DNA of 64,000 nucleotides from an uncultured Clostridia bacterium (GCA_944393465.1 CALYAG010000009.1:3240-67239); one strand, 5' to 3'. Counted from the stretch's first letter, positions 50,307 to 60,748 are shown. A program made the numbers and translations. Notes: generated from the sequence alone by a model not told the origin.

Positions 50307-51218
50307 CTATATTTCAGTTGCCCCTATTATTCCAGCATCATTTTTTAATTTTGCCACTAACAAATCTGTTTTAGTGTCTTTGTTAAATTTAAGTTTTTCT
50401 AATTTTTCTTTTAACATAGGCAAAAATATATCACAATAATATGAAAAACTTCCGCCAAAGCTAATTGCTTGTGGCTCAAAAATATTTATTATATTTGAAA
50501 GACCTATACTGACATTATCTAAATAATCATTCACAAAAGTGCTTACACTTTTTTTGTCCATATTATTTCTAATATACATTTGCACTTCTTCAGCTTCTGT
50601 GGTATCACTCATATTAAATTCACTTATAGCATTTGCCTTAAATCTTTTCATTGAAGCATATGTTTCAAAGCATCCGTTTTTACCGCAATTGCATTTTCTG
50701 CCTTCTTTATCTATCACCATATGGCCAAATTCAAAGCCCGGATTTTGTTTTGGCTCTAGTAAATCATCATTTAAAAATACAGCGCTTCCTACTCCTGTGC
50801 CAATGCATAAAAATATGCAATCACTATATTTTTTTAGTGAACCATATTGTTTTTCTGCTAAGCCAGCACATTTACCATCATTTTTTATTTTTACATTTAC
50901 TTTATATTTTTTCTTTAACTCCTCACCCAAATTAAATTCTTTTATATGTAAATTTACCAAATTACGTATATTGCCTCCTTTTGGGCTTCCCGGTACTGCT
51001 ATGCCGATTTTAGATATGTCTCCTGCTGTGAAATCATTTTTTTCTAAAAGCATACTAATTTCGTTTTCTATTATTTCTACAAGCAATCTCTCTACTCTTT
51101 TTTCCTCTTTTATATTAGAAATATTTATATCTCTACTTTCTTTTGAAATAAGCTCGCCATTTTTATCTACTAAACCAGTAGCAACATGGCTTCCACCTAT
51201 GTCTATTCCAATTTTCAT
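50307..51218 (-). CDS. ROK family sugar kinase
   Basis: IGIDIGGS, ND..CA..AE, IGTGVG, EFGH...C.CG..GC.E. Confidence 0.92.
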   Translation of the reverse strand: MKIGIDIGGSHVATGLVDKNGELISKESRDINISNIKEEKRVERLLVEIIENEISMLLEKNDFTAGDISKIGIAVPGSPKGGNIRNLVNLHIKEFNLGEELKKKYKVNVKIKNDGKCAGLAEKQYGSLKKYSDCIFLCIGTGVGSAVFLNDDLLEPKQNPGFEFGHMVIDKEGRKCNCGKNGCFETYASMKRFKANAISEFNMSDTTEAEEVQMYIRNNMDKKSVSTFVNDYLDNVSIGLSNIINIFEPQAISFGGSFSYYCDIFLPMLKEKLEKLKFNKDTKTDLLVAKLKNDAGIIGATEI

Positions 51219-51240
51219 AAAAAATTTCATTCCTTTCTAA

Positions 51241-51369
51241 AAAATGTCAATTGGGGACGGTCCCAAATTGACATTTTCGATTTAGGACCATCCCCCAACT
51301 GAAAATTTTTTCGACTTAAGACCGTCCCCAACTGAAAATTTTCGATTTAGGACCGTCCCCAACTGAAAA
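51241..51369. repeat. Four abutting REP-like copies
   Basis: AAAATGTCAATTGGGGACGGTCCCAAATTGACATTTT followed by three reverse copies at ~51274, 51308 and 51339. Confidence 0.93.
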
Positions 51370-51382
51370 TTTCCATTTGACA

Positions 51383-52732
51383 TTAGAATCCTGCTGCTGA
51401 GAATAAGAATTTACCCATGTAAACCTCAATACAAGGTACAAGTACAACTATTGTAATTAAGATAATTACTACACCTATAATTGAGTACAATATTTGTGGC
51501 AAGATCTTAACTATTCTATCTATAATTTGGTCAATATCCATATCCATATATTCAACCAATTTTTCCATCATAGCAGGTAAATCTGTTTGCATACCTATTT
51601 TAAGCATTTCTGTTATCATAGGTTCAGCTAATCCAGATTTTTCAAATGGTTCTACCCATGAATCACCGACTATAATATTATTTATAGCAGTCTCTATAAT
51701 TGACAGCATTACTAGGTTTTTGACTACATTTTTACTAACATCCAGTGCCTCTTGAATTCTCATACCATTTTTTAGGTTTAATACCATAGCTTTAGTTAAC
51801 CTTGAAAAGTCTATAGCAAATATAAGTTGTCCAAATATAGGCATTGTATATTTAAAGTAATCCCATCTATATTTTCCTCTTGGAGTTCTAATATATAGTA
51901 CAATACCAGCTATTATTGCTGCTATAATTACGGTAGGAATAAACCAATATTCCTGTACTTTTGTAAGGAAGTTTGAAAAAGCTATAGTGTACCAAGGCAA
52001 TTGATCTGTTGTTCCAACTTCTGCAAATATGTCTTGTATAATTGGAACTACATACATACTTCCAAAGAATAGTATTACAAGAAGTACAACGAATTGTGCA
52101 ATATTTGGTATTAATATTTTTTTCAATTTTCTTGTTAAATCATTAGATGAATCTAAGTATTCTACTGCCTGTCTTAGCGACTCTTCCAAAGATCCTGATA
52201 ACTCTCCAACTTTTATTAAGTTGATGTATATATAAGGGAAGATATCAGAGTAGTATTCCATTGTAGTGTACATATAATCTCCTGATTCAACACCAGCTAA
52301 TATATCTTCTAATATACCTTTTAATGTTGGGTTTTCAGTTGATTGTATTATTGTTCCAAGTGCATGCACATTGTTAAAACCCGCTTTTTTAAGTAAATAC
52401 AAGTTTTGCGTAAATATAACTATATCTCTACTTGTTACTTTTTGAGTTTTTGTTAATGACATATTTAATTTTTCAATTGCAGAAAATTTTCTAGTGTCTT
52501 TTTTTGGAGCAATACTTGCAGAGTTTGCTAGTTGCATTATTTCATCTATATTTGTTATATTTCTTTTTAGTCCACCTTTTTTGTATTTTCCAAAACTTAC
52601 TTGAGTAACATTTATTGGCATAAGTCCATTTAATTTTAGCTTTTTTATAAGGTTTTGCTTACTTTTGTCTTGAACCCTATTTTTTACGACTATGCCATTT
52701 TCGTCAACTGCCCTGTATACATACTCTGGCAT
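51383..52732 (-). CDS. pilC: Type IV pilus platform protein (PilC/GspF)
   Basis: Two T2SSF domains, GELSGSL, TM helices. Confidence 0.9.
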   Translation of the reverse strand: MPEYVYRAVDENGIVVKNRVQDKSKQNLIKKLKLNGLMPINVTQVSFGKYKKGGLKRNITNIDEIMQLANSASIAPKKDTRKFSAIEKLNMSLTKTQKVTSRDIVIFTQNLYLLKKAGFNNVHALGTIIQSTENPTLKGILEDILAGVESGDYMYTTMEYYSDIFPYIYINLIKVGELSGSLEESLRQAVEYLDSSNDLTRKLKKILIPNIAQFVVLLVILFFGSMYVVPIIQDIFAEVGTTDQLPWYTIAFSNFLTKVQEYWFIPTVIIAAIIAGIVLYIRTPRGKYRWDYFKYTMPIFGQLIFAIDFSRLTKAMVLNLKNGMRIQEALDVSKNVVKNLVMLSIIETAINNIIVGDSWVEPFEKSGLAEPMITEMLKIGMQTDLPAMMEKLVEYMDMDIDQIIDRIVKILPQILYSIIGVVIILITIVVLVPCIEVYMGKFLFSAAGF

Positions 52733-52775
52733 AAATTAGTCCTCCTTTTACTATAAAATTTAGTCTTTTGTATTA

Positions 52776-53909
52776 TTAATTATTATATAGATTTTGGTCT
52801 TGTCCTTCTTGCTCTTCTTCTTTCTTTAATTTCATTTGCATAATTGTTCTATTTAATACTTCTATGTTCTTTTCTTCAACTTGTGCTTTAGCTTGGTCTA
52901 GTGTAATTATATCATCAGTAAATAATTTTGCAAGTGAATTTATTAAACCAATACTTCCATTTGCAGAACTACTCTGTATAGCATCTTCTATTTCTGATGT
53001 TGTTAATTTTTCCTTTCTTATTAAACCAGATACTACATTATCTACTACCATAACTTCTGGTACTAATGATAGTGTGCCCTTTTTATTTTTAATTAATCTT
53101 TGTGAAATAACCAATTTTAATAATGATGCTATTAAGTATTTAACTTGTGATTGGTCTCCTACTTCGTAGAAGTTTATCATTCTATCTACAGTTTCGGCAC
53201 ATGATTTTGTGTGAAGTGTACCTATAACTAAGTGTCCAGATTCAGCTGTTTCTATAGCTGCTTCCATTGTTTCTTTATCTCTAATCTCACCTATTACAAG
53301 TATGTCACAGTCCTCTCTTAAAGAGTTTTTTGTACCTATACTATATGATGGAACATCTCCTCCAACTCCAACTTCTTTTTGAACAATTATAGATTTTTTA
53401 CATTTATGTTTGTATTCTACTGGGCTTTCTAGTGTAAGTATTTTTTTATTATCATTATCATTTATATAGTTTATTAAAGCATTTAGAGTTGTTGATTTAC
53501 CAGAGTTTGTTTTACCAGTAACAAGTATTAACCCCTGAGTTTGACTTGTCATTCTTCTTACTATATCTGGAACACCAAGTTCTTCATATGTTGGAAGTTC
53601 ATTTCTTATAAGTCTTGTAATTATAACAGGGAGTCCATTTGAGCAAGATATATTTACTCTTAAACGTATGTCTTCAAATTCTGCTGATGTGTCTAATACT
53701 TTATTTTCTCTATAAAATGCATCTTTATCTACATTTCCTTTTAAGAAATAATCATATACTTCTAATATGTCATCTTTATCAATAACATCATATTGTGATA
53801 ATTCCATTAGGTCTCTGTTTACTCTTATTTTAGGCTTTATTCCTGGTATAAAATGTACATCAGATGCCTTCATTTTTTTTGCTTCTGCTAAAATTGCATT
53901 TACATCCAT
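52776..53909 (-). CDS. pilT: PilT-like retraction ATPase
   Basis: ASDVH, GKTNSGKSTT, LESPVEY, LREDCD...GEIRD, AESGHLVIGTLH. Confidence 0.88.
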   Translation of the reverse strand: MDVNAILAEAKKMKASDVHFIPGIKPKIRVNRDLMELSQYDVIDKDDILEVYDYFLKGNVDKDAFYRENKVLDTSAEFEDIRLRVNISCSNGLPVIITRLIRNELPTYEELGVPDIVRRMTSQTQGLILVTGKTNSGKSTTLNALINYINDNDNKKILTLESPVEYKHKCKKSIIVQKEVGVGGDVPSYSIGTKNSLREDCDILVIGEIRDKETMEAAIETAESGHLVIGTLHTKSCAETVDRMINFYEVGDQSQVKYLIASLLKLVISQRLIKNKKGTLSLVPEVMVVDNVVSGLIRKEKLTTSEIEDAIQSSSANGSIGLINSLAKLFTDDIITLDQAKAQVEEKNIEVLNRTIMQMKLKKEEEQEGQDQNLYNN

Positions 53910-53966
53910 AATTTTTTATCCTCACTTATTAAATTTAGGTTTTAAAATGGACCTATACCACATCTT

Positions 53967-55595
53967 TTAATAAAATAATAACTTGCTATTTAATTCTTCC
54001 AATGTTGTAATTCCACTTAGAACTTTTCTAATGCCTTCTACTATCATTGGCTTATATCCTTCTTTATATGCTTCTTCTCTTATTTCAAGTGTTGAGGCAT
54101 CTTTTATTATAAGTTCTTTTATTGGATCTGTAATAAGAAGTGTTTCAAATATGGCAATTCTATCAAAATATCCACTGTTATTGCATTTGTCACAGCCAAC
54201 TGCATCATATGTTTTTGCATTAGTTAAGTCAAATTCTACTCCATATCTTTGTCCAATTGATTGAATTATTTTCTTTTCTTCTTCTGTAAACTCTCTTTCC
54301 CTTCTGCAATGTGGGCATAACTTTCTAATTAGTCTTTGCGAAATTGATGTTGCCAAAGTACTTGATATATCATAATTAGATACATCCATTTTTCTAAGTC
54401 TTGACACAACCTCTATTGCATTTATTGTGTGTATTGTAGAAAGTACATAGTGACCAGTTTGTCCAGCTTGCATTGCTATTTCTGCTGTTTCTGGGTCTCT
54501 TATTTCTCCTACCAATATAATGTCTGGGTCCTGTCTTAATACTGTTCTTAAAGATCCTGCAAATGTTGTTTTGTTATCTATTTCAATTTGGTTTAGCCCC
54601 GGTATACGAATTTCTACTGGGTCTTCAATTGTTGTTATGTTTATTTCAGGTCTGTCTAGGTAATTTATTACACTATAAAGAGTTGTTGTTTTACCTTCTC
54701 CTGTAGGTGCAGCAATAACTGTTATGCTGTTTCTTTTGTCAAATGCATCTTTTAATAATTTTTGATCCTCTGGATAACCTAATTCAACTAAGTTCTTTAT
54801 GTCTATATCCTTTTTAAGTAGTCTTAACACAAATTTTTCACCATGAATATTTTTTTGTGAAGATACACGAATATTATAATTTGGGTACATTATAATTCTA
54901 CCATCTTGAGGTTCTTGTTTTTCCTGATGCATATTTGAAATTGCTTTTAATCTACCTATTATTTGACTTTGCTTGTCTTTATCTATTTTTGCAACAGTAT
55001 AAAGCTCTCCATCTATTCTGTATCTTACTCTAACGCTGTCTTCCATTGGTTCAATATGAATGTCGCTAGCTCTTTTTGCCATGGCGGTTCTAATAATATT
55101 ATCAACAATTGTTGTACCAGTTGCATCAGTATCAATTCTTTCAGTAGAAACACTTGAAATTGCACTTAAAACTTTATCAATATTTGTTTTAAATGTAATA
55201 TATCTTTCCATTACTAAGCCTTTATTAAGCATTAATAGTCTTACTGTTTCTACTTGTCCTTTATTACTTACATCTGCAAAGCACACCTTTATTGTTCCAT
55301 TATCAACTTCAAAAGGCACTGCTCTTGCTTCTCTTGCAATATCTAAAGAAATATATTTTGAAATATCTATTGTAATATCAGCATCTGTTAAATATATTAC
55401 TTTTTCACCAAATACCTCTCCCATTGCATTTAACAATTTTCTTGGTTCTGCTAAATGTAGCTCATTTAAAATATCTCCAAGCTTTTCTTTTGGATGAGTA
55501 GCTTGATACTCCAAAGCCTCAGTTATATCTTCCTGTTTTACAATACCTCTTCTTACAAGTTCTATACCTAATGGTTGTCTTTGATTTGTAGCCAT
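53967..55595 (-). CDS. pilB: PilB/GspE assembly ATPase
   Basis: ASDIHIEP, APTGEGKTTT, IEDPVE, LRQDPD, tetracysteine motif. Confidence 0.93.
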   Translation of the reverse strand: MATNQRQPLGIELVRRGIVKQEDITEALEYQATHPKEKLGDILNELHLAEPRKLLNAMGEVFGEKVIYLTDADITIDISKYISLDIAREARAVPFEVDNGTIKVCFADVSNKGQVETVRLLMLNKGLVMERYITFKTNIDKVLSAISSVSTERIDTDATGTTIVDNIIRTAMAKRASDIHIEPMEDSVRVRYRIDGELYTVAKIDKDKQSQIIGRLKAISNMHQEKQEPQDGRIIMYPNYNIRVSSQKNIHGEKFVLRLLKKDIDIKNLVELGYPEDQKLLKDAFDKRNSITVIAAPTGEGKTTTLYSVINYLDRPEINITTIEDPVEIRIPGLNQIEIDNKTTFAGSLRTVLRQDPDIILVGEIRDPETAEIAMQAGQTGHYVLSTIHTINAIEVVSRLRKMDVSNYDISSTLATSISQRLIRKLCPHCRREREFTEEEKKIIQSIGQRYGVEFDLTNAKTYDAVGCDKCNNSGYFDRIAIFETLLITDPIKELIIKDASTLEIREEAYKEGYKPMIVEGIRKVLSGITTLEELNSKLLFY

Positions 55596-55612
55596 ATTTA
55601 TCTCCTTTCAAA

Positions 55613-56071
55613 TCACCAATATTTTAATACATAATCAATTGTTTTTGTGTAATTTGCTTTATCCTCTGTTCCTACTTTTATAGATATTTCTACATATATC
55701 TTTTCATCTTTTTTAAATCCTTCTGCTTTAAAATCTAAAATATTTTTTGCTATTTTTTGATTATTTTTGTATATAGCGTCATCTCCTATAGTATAAGTAT
55801 AAACATCACCATCACCAAAAGCTATTCTTACAAATTCTCTATTATTATCATCAGCCAAATTTTGAACTAATACCTGTTTATTGCTTTTAGCGTCCTCTAT
55901 AAAATACATATTAAATTTATTAAATTCTGATAAATCAATACTGCTATCACTAATAACATCTAAATTATTATATATATAATTACTTAGGTTTGCCAAAAGT
56001 GCAATAACTATACTAAAAACTATAACATAAATTCCTAGTATTATTAAAGTTATACCTTTTTCTGCTTTCAT
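55613..56071 (-). CDS. Minor pilin-like protein
   Basis: KG-ITLII followed by a hydrophobic helix; within the pilus operon. Confidence 0.75.
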   Translation of the reverse strand: MKAEKGITLIILGIYVIVFSIVIALLANLSNYIYNNLDVISDSSIDLSEFNKFNMYFIEDAKSNKQVLVQNLADDNNREFVRIAFGDGDVYTYTIGDDAIYKNNQKIAKNILDFKAEGFKKDEKIYVEISIKVGTEDKANYTKTIDYVLKYW

Positions 56072-56119
56072 CTTTTCATTCCTTTCTCACTATTACTCAT
56101 GTATAGTTTTGAAATTTAC

Positions 56120-56542
56120 TTACTCTTTAACTTTTATTTTTGCAATTTCTATATTTCTTTCTTCATTGTCAAAGGTATATTTTATATCCACAATAATTTT
56201 CTTTACAATATCCTTTGCATCAGAATGTGTGTCTATATATTTTTCTTGTTGTAAAGTTAATGTGTATCTATCTTGGGGTAAGTTAATTTGACTAATTATT
56301 TTGTCTTTATAGCTATCTAAATCTTCTGTTGCTCCATAATCTTGCATATCAATGTCTTCACATATTTGAATCATATATCCCATTGCGTTTTGATGAATTT
56401 TGATAAGTGAAGATTGCTTATATATTTGTATATACAAAGTAAAAATAACTGATGTAAATAGCATAAATATTAAAGCCCCAGTAGAAATGTCTAAAGCTGT
56501 TGCACCCTTTTCCTTATTTAATTTTATCATATATTTTTTCAT
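56120..56542 (-). CDS. Minor pilin-like protein
   Basis: KG-ATALD followed by a hydrophobic helix. Confidence 0.75.
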   Translation of the reverse strand: MKKYMIKLNKEKGATALDISTGALIFMLFTSVIFTLYIQIYKQSSLIKIHQNAMGYMIQICEDIDMQDYGATEDLDSYKDKIISQINLPQDRYTLTLQQEKYIDTHSDAKDIVKKIIVDIKYTFDNEERNIEIAKIKVKE

Positions 56543-56553
56543 TTAATCACCTA

Positions 56554-57348
56554 CTAAATCATGATAAAGTTTGGCAAAAACATTGTTAAACAGTTAGCAA
56601 TACATAGATAAAAAGCCATTGGTAAATGCTCATTTTCTTCTTGTTTTTTGTCTTTTTTTAAAATTGATTTGATTATTTCTGTAAATGCTATTATAAGCAA
56701 AGTCATTACTATAGAAATAATTGTAACCAATTCATAAGTAAACAAGTTCATTATTATACTTAAAATAACTATATTTATTGCATAACTATCTTTGCCCTTT
56801 TTCTTAATTTCATATGTGTTTATTATTAATACAATCACTATTATGGCAAAATAAATGATTATTCTATTTACATTAAAAGATTCACTATAAATAAATTCAT
56901 ATATTAATGAGAAGAAATTAATTAGAATTCCATATGCCAACACTCTTTTATCAATATAGTGATGTTCTATGTCTATGCCTGCTATTAAAAATAAGAAAAC
57001 TATATATAGAGCACCTAAAATAAAATTAATTATTGTATTTATATTTATGGTATATACATTAATTTCTAGCATTAAAGCAAGTAAAACAAAAGATATACCA
57101 CATAATATTTCTATAATAAAATAGCGTGGGCTTATTTTAGCCTTGCAATATCTGCATCTTCCTCTAATAAATATATAACTAAGAATTGGAATCATATCTA
57201 AAAAGCCAAGTTTGTGATTACATTTTGGGCAATAAGAATGTTTATGAGTTATATCTTGGTCTAAAGGTATTCTATAAGTAGCAAGGGTTAAAAAGCTTCC
57301 AAAAACACTTCCCATTATAAATATTATTATATATAAAATTACATTCAT
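56554..57348 (-). CDS. pilD: Prepilin peptidase-like protein with a degenerate C-terminal motif
   Basis: GSVFGSFL, SYCPKC...GRCRYC Zn domain, AGIDIE; no GxGD visible. Confidence 0.8.
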   Translation of the reverse strand: MNVILYIIIFIMGSVFGSFLTLATYRIPLDQDITHKHSYCPKCNHKLGFLDMIPILSYIFIRGRCRYCKAKISPRYFIIEILCGISFVLLALMLEINVYTININTIINFILGALYIVFLFLIAGIDIEHHYIDKRVLAYGILINFFSLIYEFIYSESFNVNRIIIYFAIIVIVLIINTYEIKKKGKDSYAINIVILSIIMNLFTYELVTIISIVMTLLIIAFTEIIKSILKKDKKQEENEHLPMAFYLCIANCLTMFLPNFIMI

Positions 57349-57510
57349 TTGTATTTTCCTTTTTTAAAATAAGTTAATTTACTTTTATTTAAAGTATTAT
57401 TTTCTTATTTAGTATAATAGAGGTCACCTAAATACGAATAATTTAGGTAACCTCCATATTTAGTACTATTATATAAAATAATAGAGATTTTTTTAGTTGT
57501 TTTTACTTTA

Positions 57511-57744
57511 TTATTTACCAGTTACATATCTGTCGTAAACACTATCAAATGAGCTGTCAAATTCATTGAAAGCATGTGATTCATTAGTTTCTGCATTTCT
57601 CCAAGTATTAGCAGCATTTTCTGCTCTTTGGAATAAGCCACCTTGTCCAATTGTTAAGCTAATAGCAACACCAGCTAATATTAATAGAACAATGATTGTA
57701 ACAACTAATGCTATTAATGTTATACCTCTTTCTTTCTTAAACAT
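57511..57744 (-). CDS. Short probable major pilin (70 aa mature)
   Basis: RG-ITLIALVVTIIVLLILAGVAI; strong AAGGAGGG RBS; hairpin downstream. Confidence 0.85.
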   Translation of the reverse strand: MFKKERGITLIALVVTIIVLLILAGVAISLTIGQGGLFQRAENAANTWRNAETNESHAFNEFDSSFDSVYDRYVTGK

Positions 57745-57813
57745 TTAAATTCCCTCCTTAGTAAAAATTTGTATATATTTATATTATTTATAAATATTAC
57801 CTAAAATTATAAA

Positions 57814-58224
57814 TTATTTTGTACCTGAACCTACTCCTTGTGATGTGTAGTAATTATCAGTTACGTTTTCATCAACAGGCTGGCTGTTTGTTCCACCATT
57901 TCCAGTATTGTTAGTAGCTGCTGGTGCATCTTCTGTGTATGCTGCAAATGGATCAGCTTTACCTGGGTTATAACTTTGTGCTGCCTCATATCTTGTTAAG
58001 TCAGAATTGTCTATTGTATAATTTATTGAAGAACTATTAAAGCTGTCTATTGTTGTTTCATTAATAATTTCTTCAACATTTTGTGGTAATTGATAAGCAG
58101 TTACCTTCGCTGGTATAACTTTGTTTGTTGGAATGTAATTATAAAATATAACTGCCATTATCAATACTATAGCAACACATACTAATAATATAATTAGTAT
58201 TTCTTTAAAAATTGATTTTACCAT
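57814..58224 (-). CDS. Membrane-anchored pilus accessory protein (PilP-like position)
   Basis: TM helix, GKADPF motif, operon position. Confidence 0.55.
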   Translation of the reverse strand: MVKSIFKEILIILLVCVAIVLIMAVIFYNYIPTNKVIPAKVTAYQLPQNVEEIINETTIDSFNSSSINYTIDNSDLTRYEAAQSYNPGKADPFAAYTEDAPAATNNTGNGGTNSQPVDENVTDNYYTSQGVGSGTK

Positions 58225-58237
58225 AGTTAACTCCTTT

Positions 58238-58921
58238 TTAGTTTACTGAGTTTGTGTTATCAACACTATTTGTATTTCCTGTACTATTTGTATTATTTGT
58301 GCCTGAACTATTTCCTGAAGATGTTGTGTTTGATGTATTTGTTTTTTGACTTGACATTGTTGTTTCATTTTTGATAAATACATCTCTTACTACAAATGTA
58401 CATTGATTTTGTGTCATTGCAAATTCATCAATTGTGAATTGTAATGATGAGTCATTTTCAAGATCTGTAATGAAGTTTGTAATTGCTAAGTAATTACCTG
58501 AAACTGTAAAGTTTAAATTTTTAGTATTTTCATCAACTCCGGATACCACATCCATTCTAATATTTACGCCCTCTTTTGTAGCATGGTTTCCTACTTGACT
58601 CCACAAATATTCAATCGTATAATTCTTTGTTTGTGTTGCCTCTCGTATTTCACTCTCTGTGCTAACATTAATTGTTTGTAAATATTTACTTCTTGCTTCT
58701 CCTAAGTCAGTGATTAAGTCTTTTATTTCATTTAATTTACCTGCATAGTTATCATTTGTGTTTTTTGCTTCCGCAATTTTTCTAGTAAGTTCTCCATTTG
58801 CATCTTGTATTTGTGTTACTCCCAGTACATGCAATGGTCCAATATTTATACCATTTTTTATGCAAAGTACAGTCATAACGATTAATAAAATTAACAAAAT
58901 AGATATTAATAATCTTCTCAT
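58238..58921 (-). CDS. PilO-like protein
   Basis: TM helix, coiled coil, LNFTVSGNYLAITNFITDLE. Confidence 0.7.
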   Translation of the reverse strand: MRRLLISILLILLIVMTVLCIKNGINIGPLHVLGVTQIQDANGELTRKIAEAKNTNDNYAGKLNEIKDLITDLGEARSKYLQTINVSTESEIREATQTKNYTIEYLWSQVGNHATKEGVNIRMDVVSGVDENTKNLNFTVSGNYLAITNFITDLENDSSLQFTIDEFAMTQNQCTFVVRDVFIKNETTMSSQKTNTSNTTSSGNSSGTNNTNSTGNTNSVDNTNSVN

Positions 58922-58936
58922 TGCATTCTCCTTTTG

Positions 58937-60580
58937 TTATGGTAAATCTCCCTCAATAGTAACTACAACGAAGTCTCCTGTTTTTGTTCCTTCTGTTGAT
59001 GTAACATTTAACAAATATCCGCTATTGTTAAGTCTTGCTTTAAAATATGCTAATTGTTCATATTGTCTTGACTGAGCAACTATTGATATATGTTGTTTTG
59101 TTTCACCATCAGATTCTACTTCTGTATCTTTAATGCTTGTTAATTGTACATTCTTTGGTATTGTATATACTATTTGATTTAGTAGAGTTGGTATTTCATT
59201 TTTTCTTCCTTGTTTTAAAGCCATTGATGTGCTTGCATTTTGCAAGTTTGTTGTAACTCTTTCAAAATCAGATATTTTTCTGTTTATGCTATTTTCATTT
59301 GAATTTAGTTTATTTATTTGTGCAGTAGTATCATTTATTACATCTTGTGCTTGTGCTGTTTTGGCTTTTAATTGATTTCCTAGTAAAACTGAGCATACAC
59401 TGTAAATAATTACAATCATAAGTACTGTTACGCATCCTCTTATAAGCCAAAGTTCTGTTGGTTTTAGTGGTCCACTCATATTTGTATCAAATGTAAATGA
59501 TGTACCTTTTCCTCTTGTTCCTTTAGAACCTTTTCCAAATTTAACATCTGAATGTAACAAAGCATTTAAGTCATCTTTCCAATTACCTGCTTTAAAGTTT
59601 AAGTCTTTAAGTCCGTAATCCATACCTTCTAATGCAAGTGCTATTGCGTTATTTACTTCAATATAGTCTTTTATGTTTATTTTATTATTGCTTTCTGCAA
59701 AGTATGGCTTTAGTATTTCACATTTTGACTCTTGGAAGTATTCTTGAAAATATAAGTCAACATTATTTATAGCAGTTCCTAATCCAGTTAAATATATTTT
59801 ATCTATTCTTGTATAAGTTTCTTTGATTTTTCTAAGTTCTTGCACTATATTAAATAATGTTGGAACTATTAATGACAAATATTTATTATTTGGATCATCT
59901 GTTGCTGTTGTTTCCATAGTGTATATTGTTGTATTTTTGCATGCCTCATATGATTTTGCATAAGAATTTTCTTTTTCATTTATTTTGTCTAATACTTCTG
60001 TCATTCCATTTGGTATAGTATCAATACTATAGATTCTTTGGTTTAAGATTGTAGTTACAGTTGTTTTTTCATCTATATTTACAATCATTATGTTCTCACC
60101 TTTTTTAGCCTCTATAATATTGCATAATGATGTTGGTAATGGTGTAATAGAACTAATTTTTTCATTTTTGAATAATGCTGTTCTTTCTTCTAGGTCTGTT
60201 TTGCTTTCTATAAAATAAATTACTCTATTTCTATCCTTATTATTAATGTCATTAACAATTAGATATCTTCCCTCATAAGCGTTAGGATTTATATGATTGT
60301 CAGCACATAATGTTTCGTATTCAGTTTCTATAGATTTTTTAGTGTCCGATTTGCTTAGTAATCCAAAAATGCTAAAATAATTTACCTTTTCATTATGCGT
60401 GTCTATACATATTGGAATATTTCTGCTGTTTGTTTCAGAAACTATTTGCTCAAGATCGCGTTCTAAGTTGTCATAAAACTTAACGCCAAAAGATGCAACA
60501 TCTAGTTGGTCATTATTTTTTGTAACTTTAGCATATTTTATAACTTGATTAGATATACTTATTCCTAAACTTTCTTGCAC
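58937..60580 (-). CDS. PilM-PilN fusion-like protein
   Basis: Actin-like domain (IYLTGLG...IALAL), TM helix, coiled coil, IPKNVQLTSI; GTG start after AAGGAG. Confidence 0.75.
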   Translation of the reverse strand: MQESLGISISNQVIKYAKVTKNNDQLDVASFGVKFYDNLERDLEQIVSETNSRNIPICIDTHNEKVNYFSIFGLLSKSDTKKSIETEYETLCADNHINPNAYEGRYLIVNDINNKDRNRVIYFIESKTDLEERTALFKNEKISSITPLPTSLCNIIEAKKGENIMIVNIDEKTTVTTILNQRIYSIDTIPNGMTEVLDKINEKENSYAKSYEACKNTTIYTMETTATDDPNNKYLSLIVPTLFNIVQELRKIKETYTRIDKIYLTGLGTAINNVDLYFQEYFQESKCEILKPYFAESNNKINIKDYIEVNNAIALALEGMDYGLKDLNFKAGNWKDDLNALLHSDVKFGKGSKGTRGKGTSFTFDTNMSGPLKPTELWLIRGCVTVLMIVIIYSVCSVLLGNQLKAKTAQAQDVINDTTAQINKLNSNENSINRKISDFERVTTNLQNASTSMALKQGRKNEIPTLLNQIVYTIPKNVQLTSIKDTEVESDGETKQHISIVAQSRQYEQLAYFKARLNNSGYLLNVTSTEGTKTGDFVVVTIEGDLP

Positions 60581-60748
60581 CTTTTTTACTCCTTCTTTAG
60601 ATTTTTTTACACTATTTATGATTAACAATTTTTCTATAAATATTCAATTTTGTCTCGTTTTGTAATTTCATCATTTATATTTTATTATTTTTTTATTAAA
60701 AGTCAATAACTTGTCGATTAATGTAAAAAAAATGTAATATTTGTAATA

